DNA of 64,000 bases from an uncultured Bacillota bacterium (GTDB taxonomy: Bacteria > Sysuimicrobiota > Sysuimicrobiia > Sysuimicrobiales > Segetimicrobiaceae): contig CAWDRG010000022.1 of assembly GCA_963804645.1 (NCBI GenBank), positions 32,001-96,000 on the forward strand, in the 5' to 3' direction. A program made the position numbers and the translations under genes. This document shows, one piece after another, positions 42,518-52,611 of this stretch (positions are counted from its first letter, which is position 1; the number at the start of each line of letters is the position of its first letter). Below the pieces are notes generated by a model. The model did no database searches, had not been told where the DNA came from, and worked only from the letters and a program-made list of their open reading frames with translations.

Positions 42518-43585
42518 TCACAGCTTGCGATGGACAACGTAGTCAACCAGAGCACGCAATAGCGCCTTTGCCCCGGACTCAGGAATGAAGCACAGCTCGG
42601 TGTGCATGATCTCCGTGGCTCGGCGAGCGAAGCGCCTCGCCACTTCCTCGGCATGGAGAATACTCCCGCGCTGGTCCATCTTGTCCAGTATCCACGCCAC
42701 CTCCGAAGCGCTCTTTTTCACACGTCGTTTGTTGAGGATCGAGACCAAATGCCGTCGTTCCTTCTGGTTGCAGTTGTTGAGCAAGTGGATGAGCATGACA
42801 GTTCGCTTGCCTTCCCACAGGTCCCCAGCGCGTTCCTTTCCATACAGGATCTGCTCACCCCTGAGATTCAGAACGTCGTCCTGGATTTGGAATGCAATGC
42901 CGAGATGATAGCCAAAGCTGTTGAACGGATTGATTTGGTGCGGGGCTGCCCCGCCGATGATGGCGCCAATGCGACAAGGACTGATACACGTGTACCATCC
43001 GGTCTTCTTGAGGGACATCATGAAGTAGTCTTTCTCGGTCAAGTCCCAAAACGCGTTCCGCACCCACCCGAGTTCAAGGGATTGTCCTTCCACAGCCTTC
43101 AGGACCATCCACTCGATCTCTTCAAAAATGCGTTGCGTCCGATCAACACCCACGACATTGAAGTTGTCCAGCAGCGCTCGCAGTGTAAGAACATTCATCG
43201 CATCGCCAGCGTTGATGGCAAGTGGGATGCCATACTGCGCGTGTAACGTAGGCAGACCACGACGCAGCAATGAGTCGTCCTCAATGTCGTCGTGGACGAG
43301 GAACGCGTTGTGGTATAGTTCGATGGCCGCGGCGGAGAACAGTGCGCTATCGCGTCGTCCGCCAAAAGCCTCGCACGTGCTCATGCAGAGCGCTGGGCGA
43401 AGTCCTTTTCCCGGACGCAGCGGGTACTCTAGAACGAGATCGCGTAGTGTCGTTCGTGGCAGAGACGTCGGAACTCGTCGGACCAATTCTTCAATCGCCA
43501 GCGCCTTGTACTCAGCTAATCTCTGTTCAAGCCAGTCCTCGTCGTATCCGTAAGAATCGACGGGCCGGAGTTCCGTGGTGCTCAT
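42518..43585 (-). CDS. polyprenyl diphosphate synthase
   Basis: GKGLRP, HDDIEDDS.LRRG (FARM), GQSLE, KT, FQIQDDVL (SARM), EGK. Confidence 0.95.
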   Translation of the reverse strand: MSTTELRPVDSYGYDEDWLEQRLAEYKALAIEELVRRVPTSLPRTTLRDLVLEYPLRPGKGLRPALCMSTCEAFGGRRDSALFSAAAIELYHNAFLVHDDIEDDSLLRRGLPTLHAQYGIPLAINAGDAMNVLTLRALLDNFNVVGVDRTQRIFEEIEWMVLKAVEGQSLELGWVRNAFWDLTEKDYFMMSLKKTGWYTCISPCRIGAIIGGAAPHQINPFNSFGYHLGIAFQIQDDVLNLRGEQILYGKERAGDLWEGKRTVMLIHLLNNCNQKERRHLVSILNKRRVKKSASEVAWILDKMDQRGSILHAEEVARRFARRATEIMHTELCFIPESGAKALLRALVDYVVHRKL

Positions 43586-43859
43586 TTCGAGCCCTCATGC
43601 GTCGCGGAAACATAGGGTTGTGCTGGCGAGCGCGAGCCGGAAGGAACCCTGATAAGTAGCGGCGGCTTCGAGGAAAGAATGACGAATTCCTGCTCGAGTT
43701 TCACTTTCACCTAGATCCCCCCAGGATAGCGAACCGCTGACGTTCTTGGACGCTGACTTCTTTCCGAAGATGACGGATGGCGCGGTCACCGGCGCCGTTC
43801 TTGCGGTATTGTCGAAGGGTGGTGGCATGGACAGTTCCCAGCGGGGCTGAGCAGCTCCT

Positions 43860-44395
43860 CCCAGCGGGGCCGGCCCCAAGCTTGACGTCAGGGCGCAGGA
43901 CCCTTAGGCGTCGAGCACCTTTGAGCCCGTACACCCGCACCGACGGGTAAGACTCGGGTAGGGCCGCTCGCACCGTCACGCCGGGCTTCCTCTTGCCCAC
44001 CGCGAACGCGACGTCTGGCCTGTCGCCCTGCGTGACGGTCAGCTGCTCACGTGCAACCCGCGTGTCCCGCCTCGCCGGCTAGACCGTCTAAGGCCGCCTC
44101 GAGCTGTTCGATTACCTCTTGGGAGTCATCGTAGGGCTCACCCGAATCGGCGGGCCCACCCGGACCCTCAACCGCGGGCGCGCGGCCCGGGGGCAGTACC
44201 CGCAGGTCGTCATGGCCCTCGATCCATATCGGGACGATGGGAAGTGCCATTTGGATCGCCATCAGGGCCACCCACCCGCCGGCGCAGTCCCATCCATTCG
44301 GAAATGACACCGGGCAGTAACCGTGTTCGATCAGTTGAGCCAGTTCATACACCCCCACCCGCGTGACGCCAAAATCCGTCATGACGACCTGCAAC
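43860..44395 (-). pseudogene. degraded duplicate of the acyltransferase 3' end / GT1 5' end junction
   Basis: Aligns in translation, with frameshifts, to about 45550-46090 (GWD..GGW.A.MA...LPIVP.W.EG.DDL; EVI..LE.ALD.LA..AG.A.CT*; VA..G.R..G.TVR.A.P..Y..VR..GL). Confidence 0.75.
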
Positions 44396-44443
44396 CCGCC
44401 CGCAGCGGAGCGGTGTCGGCGGTCGGCGCGTAGGCCGCGCGCC

Positions 44444-45727
44444 TCAGCACGGGCGGCCGGCGAGACCGGGCACGGCGCGCAGGCGGCCGACCGCGCACGC
44501 GACTCCCTGCTCGCCGCGGATCGCGGCGCCCAAGCGCTGCGCCCGGGTCCACATGCCCTGACCGCGGGTCATCTCCACGACGGCCGCCTCCAGCCGGGCG
44601 GCGGTGAGCCGCCGGCGGGGAATCGGAGCCGGCCCCACCCCGAGCGAGGCAACGCGCCGGCTCCAAAACGGCTGGTCGTAGAATCCGGGAATCCCCACCG
44701 ACGGCACGCCGGCCCGCAGGGCGCTCGCGGTCGTGCCGACGCCGCCGTGATGAATCACGGCCGCCACGCGGGGGAACAGCCAATCGTAGTGCACGTCAGA
44801 CACGCGCAGCATCGTCTCCGGGAGCGGAAGCGGCTCGGGCCCGCCGCCCGCGTACCCGAGGATGCCGCGGCAGCCCGCGCGCGTGAGCGCCTCCACCGTG
44901 ATGCCGAGCAGGTCGTCGCGGTCGGAGAATCCGATGCGGCCGAGCGCGACAAACACCGGAGGCGGACCGGCGCGCAGGAACGCGGCCAGGCTGTCCGGCG
45001 GCTGCCAGCCCGACGGAGCGTCGACGAACCAGTAGCCGCACACGACGATCCGCTCGCCCCAGTCCGGCGGCCGCGGGACGACGCGCGGGCTGAATCCGTA
45101 GAGGACCGTACCGGACCCCGCGCCGGGCACTCCGTCGAGATCCCGCCGGGACAGACGCCGCCCGGTCCGCCGCGCGACCCAGCGGGTCACGGCCGGCTTG
45201 AACAGGAGCCAGTACGCGTGCGCGGCGACGCGATACGTCCACGCGTTGAAGCCGGGCCCGCCGCGCAATCCCGGCGGCGTCAAGAAGTGGGGAAACACGC
45301 GCGTGCGGCTCATCGGCTGACACAGCGCCCAGCAGTGCGGCACGCCCAGCGCCTCGGCGAGTTGCGGGCCGCCGATCGCCGACGAGGAGCTGATGATGAC
45401 GTCGGTGCCCTGCGACGCGGCCCAATAGTCGTCGATCAGCGACTCGATCACGGCACCCGTGGCGCGCGCGACGCCGAGGGCGCCCCAGACGAACGCGGCG
45501 AGGTTGTCGCCCGATTCCTGCCAGCGCTGCCACGACGCCCCGGACGTCAGCGTGCCGAGCGCCCGCGCCGTCGGGGCAAACTCCAGGCCGTGCTCGCGTA
45601 CGAGCGTCTCGTACGGCACGGGCGCGGCGACCCGCACCGTGTGCCCCGCCTCCCGCAGGCCGATCCCCAGCGCGACGTACGGCTGCACGTCGCCGCGCGA
45701 TCCCGCGGTCAAGAGCGTTACGTGCAC
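44444..45727 (-). CDS. sterol/lipid glucosyltransferase-like GT1 (GT28 N-domain)
   Basis: GSRGDVQPYVALG, P.DW, WLFPRVAAVIHHGG.GTT, DQPFW. Confidence 0.9.
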   Translation of the reverse strand: MHVTLLTAGSRGDVQPYVALGIGLREAGHTVRVAAPVPYETLVREHGLEFAPTARALGTLTSGASWQRWQESGDNLAAFVWGALGVARATGAVIESLIDDYWAASQGTDVIISSSSAIGGPQLAEALGVPHCWALCQPMSRTRVFPHFLTPPGLRGGPGFNAWTYRVAAHAYWLLFKPAVTRWVARRTGRRLSRRDLDGVPGAGSGTVLYGFSPRVVPRPPDWGERIVVCGYWFVDAPSGWQPPDSLAAFLRAGPPPVFVALGRIGFSDRDDLLGITVEALTRAGCRGILGYAGGGPEPLPLPETMLRVSDVHYDWLFPRVAAVIHHGGVGTTASALRAGVPSVGIPGFYDQPFWSRRVASLGVGPAPIPRRRLTAARLEAAVVEMTRGQGMWTRAQRLGAAIRGEQGVACAVGRLRAVPGLAGRPC

Positions 45728-48317
45728 TCCGCGTTCCCCGCGTCGGCGGCCAGGCCGATCCAGCGCCTCCTCGAGCCGCACGATGACCTCGGGCCGGGGC
45801 GCGGCCGGGCTGATGCGCATCGGCGGCCCCACGCGGACCCGCACGCGGGTGCGCGGCCCGCACGGCCACAGCCTGGAGATCGTCGTTGCCCTCCATCCAC
45901 ACGGGCACGATCGGCAGGCCCGCCTCCCGCGCCATGACGGCGATCCATCCCCCGCCGCGATCCCATCCGCGCCGGGACGAGATCCGCAGATCCGGGGTCG
46001 CGATCGGGCTGTCCCCGGCCTCGATCAACTGGCTGAGATCGTGCAGCCCGGCCCGGGTGTCGCCGAACCCGGGGAGCACGACGAAGCTGAACGTCGAGCG
46101 GCCAGCACAGATAGTAGACCAGGCCGACGAGCAGCCGCGTGGGCGCGGGGACCCCCGGGCGCGGAGCGAAGAACTCGGAGAAGTCGACGTTCGCGACCGT
46201 GACGAGACGCCGCCGCGCGCGGCGCGGGAGCGCGGCATACACGACGAAACTGTCGAGCCAATGGTAGTGCGGCGCGGCGGCGACGATGCACGGGCCCTCG
46301 GGCGGCGCCGCGCCGGGCGCCCACTCCACCGTGAGCCTCATCGTCGTGATCGCCCACGCGCCGATCAACAGGGGCTGCGAGACCCGGCGGACGCAGCGGC
46401 CGAGGAGTCCACGGGACCACGCCGGCTGCCGGCTCGGCAGCCGGCGCGGCGCCCGCGCGGGGGCCGCCGCACGCGTCACGGCCCTGAGGTGCCCGACCGT
46501 CGTCTTCGACGTAATCGCGAGCCAGTCGAGCGGGCGGGACAGATCGCGCTCCAACAGGGTGAGCAGTTCCGCGGTGTCGAGCGAGCTCAGCCCCAACTCG
46601 TCGGTCACGGAACGGCGTCCTCGGCGGCCACCTCGCCGCGTGTGTCGCTCAGGTACCGGGCCAGGAGCCGCACGCGGCGGTGCGGGTCGCCGGTCGCGCG
46701 GATCTCGGCGAGCGACGGCCGCTCGGCGCTCCGCTCCTCGGCCGCCGCGCCGGCCTCCTGCAGTTCCTGCACCCGGCGCGCGACGTCGTCGCGGCGGACC
46801 TTGAGCAGGCCGGCTCGAGGAAAATCCCGGTCCGGCCACAGCGTCCAGCCGCGGACCTGCTGGTGCGCTTCCAGCGTCCGGTTGGCGTCGGCGATCACGC
46901 GCTCCGGCGCCGCTTCCGGGGTGAGCAGCAGCAGCGGCATGCACCTCGGTGATTCCGCGCCGCGCGAGCCCGACGACGACGGCCTCGCGCACCCCCGGCA
47001 CGCGCTCGAGCGCGGCCTCGACATCGCCGGGATGCACGTTGAGACCCTCGCCCGTCACGATCACGTCCTTCTTGCGGCCGACGAGATACAGCTGCCCGCG
47101 GGCATCCCGCGTCGCGAGGTCTCCGGTATGCAAGAAGCCGTCGGCCGGCGCGTCCCCCGCGGCGTGCCCGTCGCCGAAGACGCGGTGCGATACGCTCGGG
47201 CCCCGCACCAGCACCTCCCCGTCCTCGCCGATGCGCACCTCGTAATGCGGCAGCGGGCTGCCGATCGAGCCGGGGCGCGCGCCGAACGGATGGTTGATCT
47301 TGAGCGAGACGAGCGCGGTCGTCTCGGTCAGCCCGTATCCCTGGACGAGGACGTACCCGCACTCGTACCAGAACCGCTCGTCCTCCGACGGCAGGGGCGC
47401 GCCCCCCACCAGCAGCACCCAGAACGAGTACCCGAGCTGCGCGTGCGTCGCAAGAAACAGGAGATGCCGCCGCCACGGGAAGAAGCGGATCGTCCGCACG
47501 CGCTCGCCCAGCGAACGTCCTCCGCGCCCGTACGGCGTCTCCTGCAGCGCCCGGGCAAGCAGCCGCTGCACGCGGGGCACGGCCAGGAGCAGGGTGATCC
47601 GGTTCTGCCGGATCGTGCGGATCACGTGCGCCGGGTCCACCGACTCGCTGTAGAGCGCGCTGAGGCCGAGCGCCAGCGGGACGCAGAGGCCCATCAGCAG
47701 GCCCTGCACGTGGCTGAGCGGCGAGAGCACCAGCATCCGGCACCGCAGCCACCGCGTCACCCACCGCCAGCGGTCGAACGCGTGCAGCTGCGACACCAGG
47801 TTCCGGTGTGTGAGGATCACGCCGGTGGGCTCGCGGGTGGTGCCCGAGCTGTACAGGATCAGCACGGCGTCGTCCGGGTCCGCGGCCACCGCCGCGCGGG
47901 GGCGCCGCGGGCGGACCGTCCTCGGCGAACAACTCGCCCACCGGGCAGCAGGCGCACGCGATCCCGTCGACGTCCTGGTCCGGACCGTGCACCACCAGCG
48001 CCGGCCGGATCGCCTCGACCAGGTGGCGCACCCAGTGGGGCGAGGCCGTCTCGTCCACCGGCACCACCACCACGCCCGCCGCGACCGCGCCGAGCAGCAC
48101 GCCGGCCCACTCCGGACTGTTGCCCGCCCACAGCAGCACGCGCGCGCCCGGCGCGCCCCCCCGGGCGCCGAGGCGCGCGGCCGCGCGCCACGCTTCCTCG
48201 TGGAGGCGCCGATAGCTCCACCAGCGTGTCCCGTATCCTCGGCGGAGGCCGACCGCGGGGCGGTCGCCGTACCGCGGCAGCCGGTCCAGCAGCGCGCGGA
48301 GCGTCTCCGACTGTCAC
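45718..48317 (-). CDS. acyl-AMP ligase - ACP - acyltransferase fusion (Aas-like), broken by several single-base frameshifts
   Basis: YSSGTT, GYGLTET, LHTGD, GRKKD, A10 PRAGLLK, ACP LGLSSL, PlsC-type HYHWLD (Hx4D) and LPIVP. Pieces lie in different frames. Confidence 0.8.
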
Positions 48318-49374
48318 CGAAAGCACAGCTCCACAGCGAGCTGAGCGTGAAATGGGGCTGACAGTACGAGACGTAGACGCGCCGTCCGCCGTCCGCGGCA
48401 AACTGCGGATGCTCGAACCCGAGGTAGACGAGCTCGCTCGTCGACCGGTGTGGCACGCGGCCGAGCGACTGCGGGGGAGAGTACGGACCCGTGATCCGCG
48501 GAGCCAGGCGGACGATCAGCTCCTTCGTGTAGCTGTCGATGTACACCATCAGGTAGCCGCCGAGGTAGCGGTTGTGCGAGACCGAGTAGTTGCTGCCCGC
48601 GAGGCCCACGCCGCCGGCCTGCGTCAGGTCGGCGGTCCAGCCGTCGGACTCATCCTGCCGGAACACGTACGCGGACGGGTCCCCGAGGCGCGCCGCCGGG
48701 GCGCGCGCGACGATGCCCCGCACGACGTGCTCGCGGCGCACGCTGCCGAACACGTAGACGTCGTCCCCCTCACGGATCGTCTGCACGCCGAGATGGAAAT
48801 CGTCCGCGGCCATGCGCCACAGGCGCCACTCCCCGTCGCGCCGCACGCGCCGGCACGCGCCCGAGGCGGGATCGAGCGCGGCGATCCCCACCCCGAGGTT
48901 GCGGAACCCCCATGGGGTCGTGGGATCGATCGTCTGCACCCCCAGATAGTAGAGGTACACCGTGCCGTCGACCAGGATCCCGTGCTCGGGCCAGAAGCGG
49001 ATCCGCGCGGCCCGCTCCTCCGGCGTCGGGGTCAGGATCTCGACCGGGCACCCGTCGGCGTCGTGATAGAAGCGCATCTCCGCGAACGCCTCGCGCGCGC
49101 CGCGCCCGGTGGACGTCGCGGCGCAGTTCGCGAGGAAGACGCACGGCTCGTCGGTCGCCAGCTGAAACGGCGGGCGGGCCCCTTCGCGGGCGCCGGCGTC
49201 GTTCGGGACCGCGAGCAGCGTGTCGGAGAACACGAACAGGGTCCGGTCGCCGAGGTCGATCGACTGCCCCCCGTCCTGCCCGATCATCGCCCACGACGCC
49301 GCCCGCGCGCGGTGGCAGTACCCCAGCGGGCGCGTAAAGCGCACGGGCACGCGCGGATCAGCCGCGTCGATCAC
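48314..49374 (-). CDS. DUF4185-like (putative beta-propeller glycosidase-like) protein; frameshift near the 3' end
   Basis: IGQDGG, LFVFSDT, FWPEHG, YVFGS, SVSHNRYLG.YL, GPYS, HP. A 1-nt shift near 48335 gives ...VELCFR*. Confidence 0.65.
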
Positions 49375-49995
49375 TGCCGCCTCAAGATCGCGAGGGTGTC
49401 CACGGTCCCGAGGTGGTCCCAGGCGCCCTCGGCGCGCGCGCGCTGCAGCACGTGATACGGCGCCTGCCCGCCGTCCGCGGGGTCCGGGTGGATGTCGTGG
49501 ATGCAGAGGTACCCGCCGGGCTTGATCGCTGGCGCCCACGTCTCGTAATCGCCGAACGCGTCCGCCTCCGAGTGGCCGCCGTCGATGAACACCAGGCTGA
49601 GAGTCGCGGGCGGCCAGTACCGTCCCAGCCTGACGGAGGCGGCCACGATCGGGATCACCCAGTCCTGCAGGCCCGCCAGCCGGATGTTGCGCCGCAGGGC
49701 CTGGAGCGTGGTCGTGACGCCTTCTGCGGCGTCGTACAGGTCGGGGTCAAAGTACGGCTGCCCCGGCTGCTGCTCGGCCGACCCCTCGTGATGATCCACG
49801 GTAAACAGCGGATAGCGACCGCGCTCCCGGCACCCCTCGCCGAGGAACAGCGCCGACTCGGCCGCAGTACGAGCCGATCTCCAGGCACGGACCGGACCCG
49901 GAGATCTCCACCGCCAGCCGGTAGAGCGACATCCCCTCCGCCTCCGCGAGGAATCCCTTCGCGCGCATCGCGATGCTGCGGACCTCTTCCCGCAC
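49371..49995 (-). CDS. class I SAM-dependent methyltransferase (Methyltransf_24-like), frameshifted near 49857
   Basis: KGFL..EG, LEIGSYCGR|S, VDHHEGS.EQQPG, FIDGGH, IHD. Confidence 0.85.
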
Positions 49996-49999
49996 GCGC

Positions 50000-50834
50000 C
50001 TATCCCTCCTCCGGGCGTTCCCACGTCTCGGTCCGCCGGTTTGCGAGCTCCGTCCACGCCTGCCGGATGCGCAGGTCGTACTGCCAGTGGGCGCCGTGGT
50101 GCGGCCCGCGATAGAGGACCAGCCGGCGCGGCCCGCGCACCCGCGCGTACAGCGTCTTGGCCGCGTCGACCGGGATCGCCTCGTCGTCCTCCGAGTGGAG
50201 CACCAGCACCGGTCCCCCGCACCCGGCGATCCGCTCCAGCGAGTTCATCCGCGTGCGGCAGAAGGGGCGGACCGGGAGATACGGAAACGCGCGCGCCGCG
50301 AGGTCCGGCACCGAGGTGAACCCGCTGTGGACGACGAGCCCCCCGCACGCGTGGCGCGCGGCGAGGTAGATGGCCACGGCACTTCCGAGCGACTGTCCGA
50401 AGATGATGATCTGGTCCGGACGCACCCCGCGCGCGCCCGTGGCATACGCCCACGCGGCGTCGGCCGCCTCATACGTGCCCTGCTCGCTCGTGCGCCCGCC
50501 GTCGCCGTACCCGGGATATTCCACGAGCAGGACGCCGACCGACAGCGCGGACAGGAAGCACGCCACCGGCAGCTCGTGGGTGATGTTCCCGTCGCTGCCG
50601 TGGAAGAAGATGACCACCGGCCGGCCCTCGGCGGCCGGGATCCACCAGCCCCGCACGTCGCGGCCGCCGGCGCACGGCAGGCGCACGTCCTCGTACGGCG
50701 ATCCCGTAGTCGGCCGGGGAGCGGTTCAGCATCGGGCCGGGGCGAAAGATCAGGGCGTTCTGCCGAACGTACAGCCGGCCCAGGAACACGAGGGCGACGG
50801 CCACACCGAGGAGCAGCGGGATCGCGAGGTACAT
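50000..50834 (-). CDS. membrane-anchored alpha/beta hydrolase, frameshifted near 50700
   Basis: N-terminal TM plus LIFRP, FFHG, YPGYG.S, GQSLG nucleophile, HS.DDE.IP, C-terminal His. Confidence 0.85.
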
Positions 50835-50843
50835 CCCGCCGCG

Positions 50844-52124
50844 CTACGACGAAGCCGCCCCGACGACCAGCGCCGCGTTCTTGACGCCGCGGTCGCTGGT
50901 CCAGACCACGCTGCGGCGGTACGACCGCCGCTCCGGTCGCTCGAGAAAGTACAGGGCGCAGTGGGGATCCGGATCCGCGCAGTTCGCGAGCGCCGGCACC
51001 ACCTGCTGCTCCATCCCCATGGCCGCGTGCACCAAGGAGAAGATGCCGCTCGCGGCGCCGGTGAACCCGGTGCCGCTGGTGGCCGCCGTGAACGGCGGCG
51101 CCGCATCCGGCCACAGCCCCCGAACGGCGTCCGCTTCGCGCAGGTCGTCGAGCTCGATCGCGAGGCCGTCCCCGAAGATCGCCCCGACCTCGGCCGGCGC
51201 GCACGCCGCGATGTCGAGCGCCCGCGCGGTCGCGTACCGCAGGGCGGTCGAGTCCCGGCCGCGGTCGCGCTGCAGGAGGGCCACGTCGGTCGTGGCGGCG
51301 TACGACAGCAGCTCGGCGTAGGCGCGGGCGCCGCGGGCCCGGGCGTGCGCGTCCGATTCCAGCATGACGAACGCGGCGCCCTCTCCGAGGACATACCCGC
51401 CGCGAGACCGGTCGAAGGGCCGGCACGCGTGCGCCGGATCCTCGTAGAGCGTCGAGAGCCGTCCGGCGATCAAGTGCTCGGCCAGGCTGTCCATGCCCAG
51501 CAGCGTGTCGTACCCGCCCGCCACGGCGCAGTCCGCCTCCCCGCGCTGAATTGCGGCCATCGCCAGCCCCACCGCCATCAGGCCGGAGGTGTACCCGTTG
51601 GTCAGGTTCGTATTGGGCCCCAGCACCTGGTGCTCGACGGAGATGCCACAGGTGCCGGCGTTCGGCAGCGCCCGCACGAGGAACAGGGGATCGAGCAGCT
51701 TCATGCCCCGCTTGGCGAACAGCGAGATGTCGAAGTCGTTCGTCGGCGTCAGCGACGCGCGCAGCGGCGGCACGAACACGTCGGGGTCGATTTCGAGCGA
51801 CAGCGAGCCCACGTAGAGCCCACAGCCCTCGAGCGCGGGCGCCCCTTTGAGCCCGGCGTCGGCGATCGCCTCCCCGGCCGCCCCGACGGCGTACCCCGCA
51901 CTCGGCGACAGCAGCTTGCGCAGCATGCGGTTCGCGATCAGCGCCGACCGCTCGAACCCGTCGACCCGCGCCTCCATCTGCGGGGTGGGGCTCTCGAAGT
52001 CCGGGGCGAGGGCGAGCCGCACGGCCGAGCGGCCGTCCATCCACGCCTCGAAGTGCGACCGGCTCCGCGTCCCGAGCGGCGAGACCGCGCCCACGCCGGT
52101 GATCAGCACCCGGGGCTGACTCAT
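50844..52124 (-). CDS. ketosynthase-like protein lacking the catalytic triad (chain-length-factor-like)
   Basis: ITGVGAVSPLG, RPFD...LGEGA. Cys site reads TNGYTSG; His sites read FGDG and GFT. Confidence 0.88.
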   Translation of the reverse strand: MSQPRVLITGVGAVSPLGTRSRSHFEAWMDGRSAVRLALAPDFESPTPQMEARVDGFERSALIANRMLRKLLSPSAGYAVGAAGEAIADAGLKGAPALEGCGLYVGSLSLEIDPDVFVPPLRASLTPTNDFDISLFAKRGMKLLDPLFLVRALPNAGTCGISVEHQVLGPNTNLTNGYTSGLMAVGLAMAAIQRGEADCAVAGGYDTLLGMDSLAEHLIAGRLSTLYEDPAHACRPFDRSRGGYVLGEGAAFVMLESDAHARARGARAYAELLSYAATTDVALLQRDRGRDSTALRYATARALDIAACAPAEVGAIFGDGLAIELDDLREADAVRGLWPDAAPPFTAATSGTGFTGAASGIFSLVHAAMGMEQQVVPALANCADPDPHCALYFLERPERRSYRRSVVWTSDRGVKNAALVVGAASS

Positions 52125-52591
52125 CCCGCCGCGTCCGCGGGCGGCGTCCACCCGCCGCTTTGGTAGTCGAAGCGGTCCCGGTTGTTCTTGATCTTCGCGG
52201 GGTCCGCGGTGGCTTCGTGCGCGTACACCATGCGCTCGACCGTCGCGACGCGCACGTCCTCGACCCACGCCTCGGCCCGCATCGTCGCCCCGTACGGATG
52301 GTCGTACAGCATCTGCACCTCGAGCGTGAGCGCCTCGCCCTGCCGCACCTGACGGTGCAGCCGGACGCCGTCCACCAGCATCAACACCATCTCCACCTCA
52401 AAGTTGTGGTTCAGCAGATTCAGCATGCCGCCCACCTGCGCCAGCGCCTCGAGCAGCAGCGAGGCGGGCATCACGGCCAGCCGCGGGTAGTGCGCGACGA
52501 AGTAGCCGTCCATCAGATTGACGAGCTTCGTCGCCCGCATGCGCTTCCCGCGCTCGGCGTCGATGATCCGGTCGAACAACAGGAAGCGCAC
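52121..52591 (-). CDS. FabZ/FabA-type dehydratase
   Basis: MRFLLFDRI, HYP..VMPASLLLEALAQ hotdog motif. Confidence 0.85.
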   Translation of the reverse strand: MRFLLFDRIIDAERGKRMRATKLVNLMDGYFVAHYPRLAVMPASLLLEALAQVGGMLNLLNHNFEVEMVLMLVDGVRLHRQVRQGEALTLEVQMLYDHPYGATMRAEAWVEDVRVATVERMVYAHEATADPAKIKNNRDRFDYQSGGWTPPADAAG

Positions 52592-52611
52592 GGGATCTCC
52601 TCGCGGCCGCG

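Noticed and set aside
31999..43585. Archaeal-type ether lipid pathway (MVA + GGPPS + reductase)
   Set aside because: No GGGP synthase, UbiA-type DGGGP synthase or G1P dehydrogenase is recognisable in the window.
43595..43879. Short ORF upstream of the prenyl synthase as a RiPP precursor for prenylation
   Set aside because: No clear RBS, leader or core pattern, and it overlaps the degraded duplicate region.
45718..49539. 1273-aa ORF suggesting a giant DUF4185-ligase fusion
   Set aside because: It contains out-of-frame nonsense stretches and is explained by frameshifts linking separate genes.
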